Source of the DNA: Lama guanicoe
Taxonomy: Eukaryota
Assembly: GCA_013239625.1 (NCBI GenBank)
Contig: MU054098.1
Span: forward strand, 1,147,568 to 1,211,567
Length of the DNA: 64,000 nt
Direction of reading: 5' to 3'
Part shown: in pieces, positions 62,413-64,000 of the stretch
Position numbering within the stretch: position 1 is the first letter of the stretch
Layout of the letters: every line of letters begins with the position of its first letter
The notes under the pieces: generated by a model
What the model was told of the DNA's origin: nothing
The model's database searches: none
Seen by the model: the letters and a program-made list of their open reading frames with translations, nothing else
Translations under genes and position numbers: made by a program

Positions 62413-64000
62413 TGAGACAGCAGTTGAAACTGTGGCATGTGTTTGGCCCTACTTCAAGTTCTGAGGGGTCAGCAGTGAGCAATACTTAAAAAAATCCTTG
62501 CTTTTGTGAAATTTATACTCATGGAGGATTTTTGCAAATTTCCAGGTAACAGATCATAAGGAACTTGACTGGATGTGCGGTGGTGGCGATGACAAAGAAG
62601 GGCTACACTGGAAAGACATTTAATTGGTTGACTAAGCAGCCTTTGCTAATTTTCAATATTAGGGTGACAGTTCATTGTCGTAAGAGTCTGGACAAAGTTT
62701 CAGTTGAGCTGAAGACATTCTAACCTTTTTGATGCTTCTTATCTTATTTCCTTTCTCTCTCCTTTTCCTCCAAGCACTCAGAGCTGTGTTTGGTTTTCGC
62801 TAACCAAGTCTCCTCACTAGTGCATCCAGACCTTCTTTCCTTGTGAATGTCTAATACTTCAAATTTCCATCCCCTTGCCCTGTTTGAAATCTCTAATTCT
62901 TGAATTCTTAGGGTTTAGCCCATCATATTAACATAAAACCTTTCTACATTTGGGGATGGTCTTATATTTTATGCAACAAAAAGGTTTTTGCACTGTTATG
63001 TGCTAAACACTAAAGATACACAATTAAATAAGGTGGACAAGGTCTGTACCTTCAAGAAACTCCTCATCACAGTCATCTCCCTAATGAGTTCTTTGTTTTC
63101 CTATTTATAAAGTCCATACTTTTAGTCAAACGATTTCCTCCAGTTTTCTTTCGTATGTAAAGAATGTCACTATTTTTTAGGTGATGGATATACCCCAGTG
63201 CAGATTAATGTTCAAGCTTATCCCAACTCAGGTTACCAACTTCATTTACAACCCAGATACCCTCATTCAGAGGTTTCCACACTGTGTATACTTCCGTCAC
63301 CACCACACTCACATCAAACTAGGGAGAGAAATTAGCAACAGACAAAAAATAATTTAAACAAGATTAATAAACTACCTAACCATCAAAAGAGTGGGTTTTC
63401 CCCCTACCAGCTTAGCTTTACAGCCCACCTCCCATTTATTACTGAGGGGTTGCAGTATTAAACTAGACACTGATAGTCCAATGTAACTCTCATTTATTTC
63501 TGGGTCAGGCTTCAGTGAACGTCTAGATTGTTTTTTCCCCTACTGTTGACTGGTATGTGCAGTTTTTAAAAGCTGAGGATGCAGTGACTTGCATATTGCT
63601 GTCTTATTTCTGAAAAAAAAATTATGCAGTGCCCATAAGCAATACTTATAATGGCCCTGCATAATTTTTACCTTAGAAAAGGTGAAGTTATGGTTCATAC
63701 AAGATATAAGGTATGTCTGAATATTTCATGGCTAGATGAATATAAACACAGGAATAACTGAGAACCATCTGATGAAGATCTGGGCATTTTTAGCCAATCT
63801 GTGAAATACAGACAGCTGTACCACTCAGACGGTACAGCTGTAGTCATTAGTTAGGTAATTGTGTGAATCCTAACATTATAATTTTAATATAATTTTTAAA
63901 CTTATTATTACACTCATTAATAAAAACTAAAATGTGGCTTTAAAACCCTGAGCCTGAAGAATTGCTTTTCTAGCTTTCTTCTTGGGTCATATAAATTTCT

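Noticed and set aside
3..62415. Dozens of 60-160 aa ORFs in the six-frame track
   Set aside because: Apart from L1 ORF2 pieces, they have no recognisable domains. Many start at non-ATG codons or lie in or antisense to repeats, as expected by chance in 64 kb of mammalian DNA.

Overview
AT-rich, CpG-depleted mammalian genomic DNA, intronic or intergenic in character. There are no prokaryotic-type genes, operons, CRISPR arrays or rRNA/tRNA genes. The window is a mosaic of transposable-element fossils: young and old LINE-1 pieces, L2, MIR, MaLR and ERV1 solo LTRs, and hAT and Tigger DNA elements. The young L1 3' UTRs resemble my recollection of the camelid family, and I saw no Alu, Bov-A/BovB, PRE-1, CAN or B1/B2 SINEs, which suggests a camelid (inference). 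All ORFs with recognisable homology are L1 ORF2 fragments, and no intact host gene can be identified with confidence. The best-supported observations are retrotransposition signatures read directly from target-site duplications (TSDs): a probable L1 3' transduction (3311-4392), a twin-primed 5'-inverted L1 (17244-17466), and a young, doubly truncated, poly(A)-less L1 ORF2 insert with 283 open codons (47887-48735). There is also a perfect 150-bp duplication that may be an assembly artefact. The first 2 kb holds low-confidence exon-like segments on both strands. I found no convincing novel biological system. Repeat family names come from recalled consensus sequences, and coordinates of old repeats are approximate.
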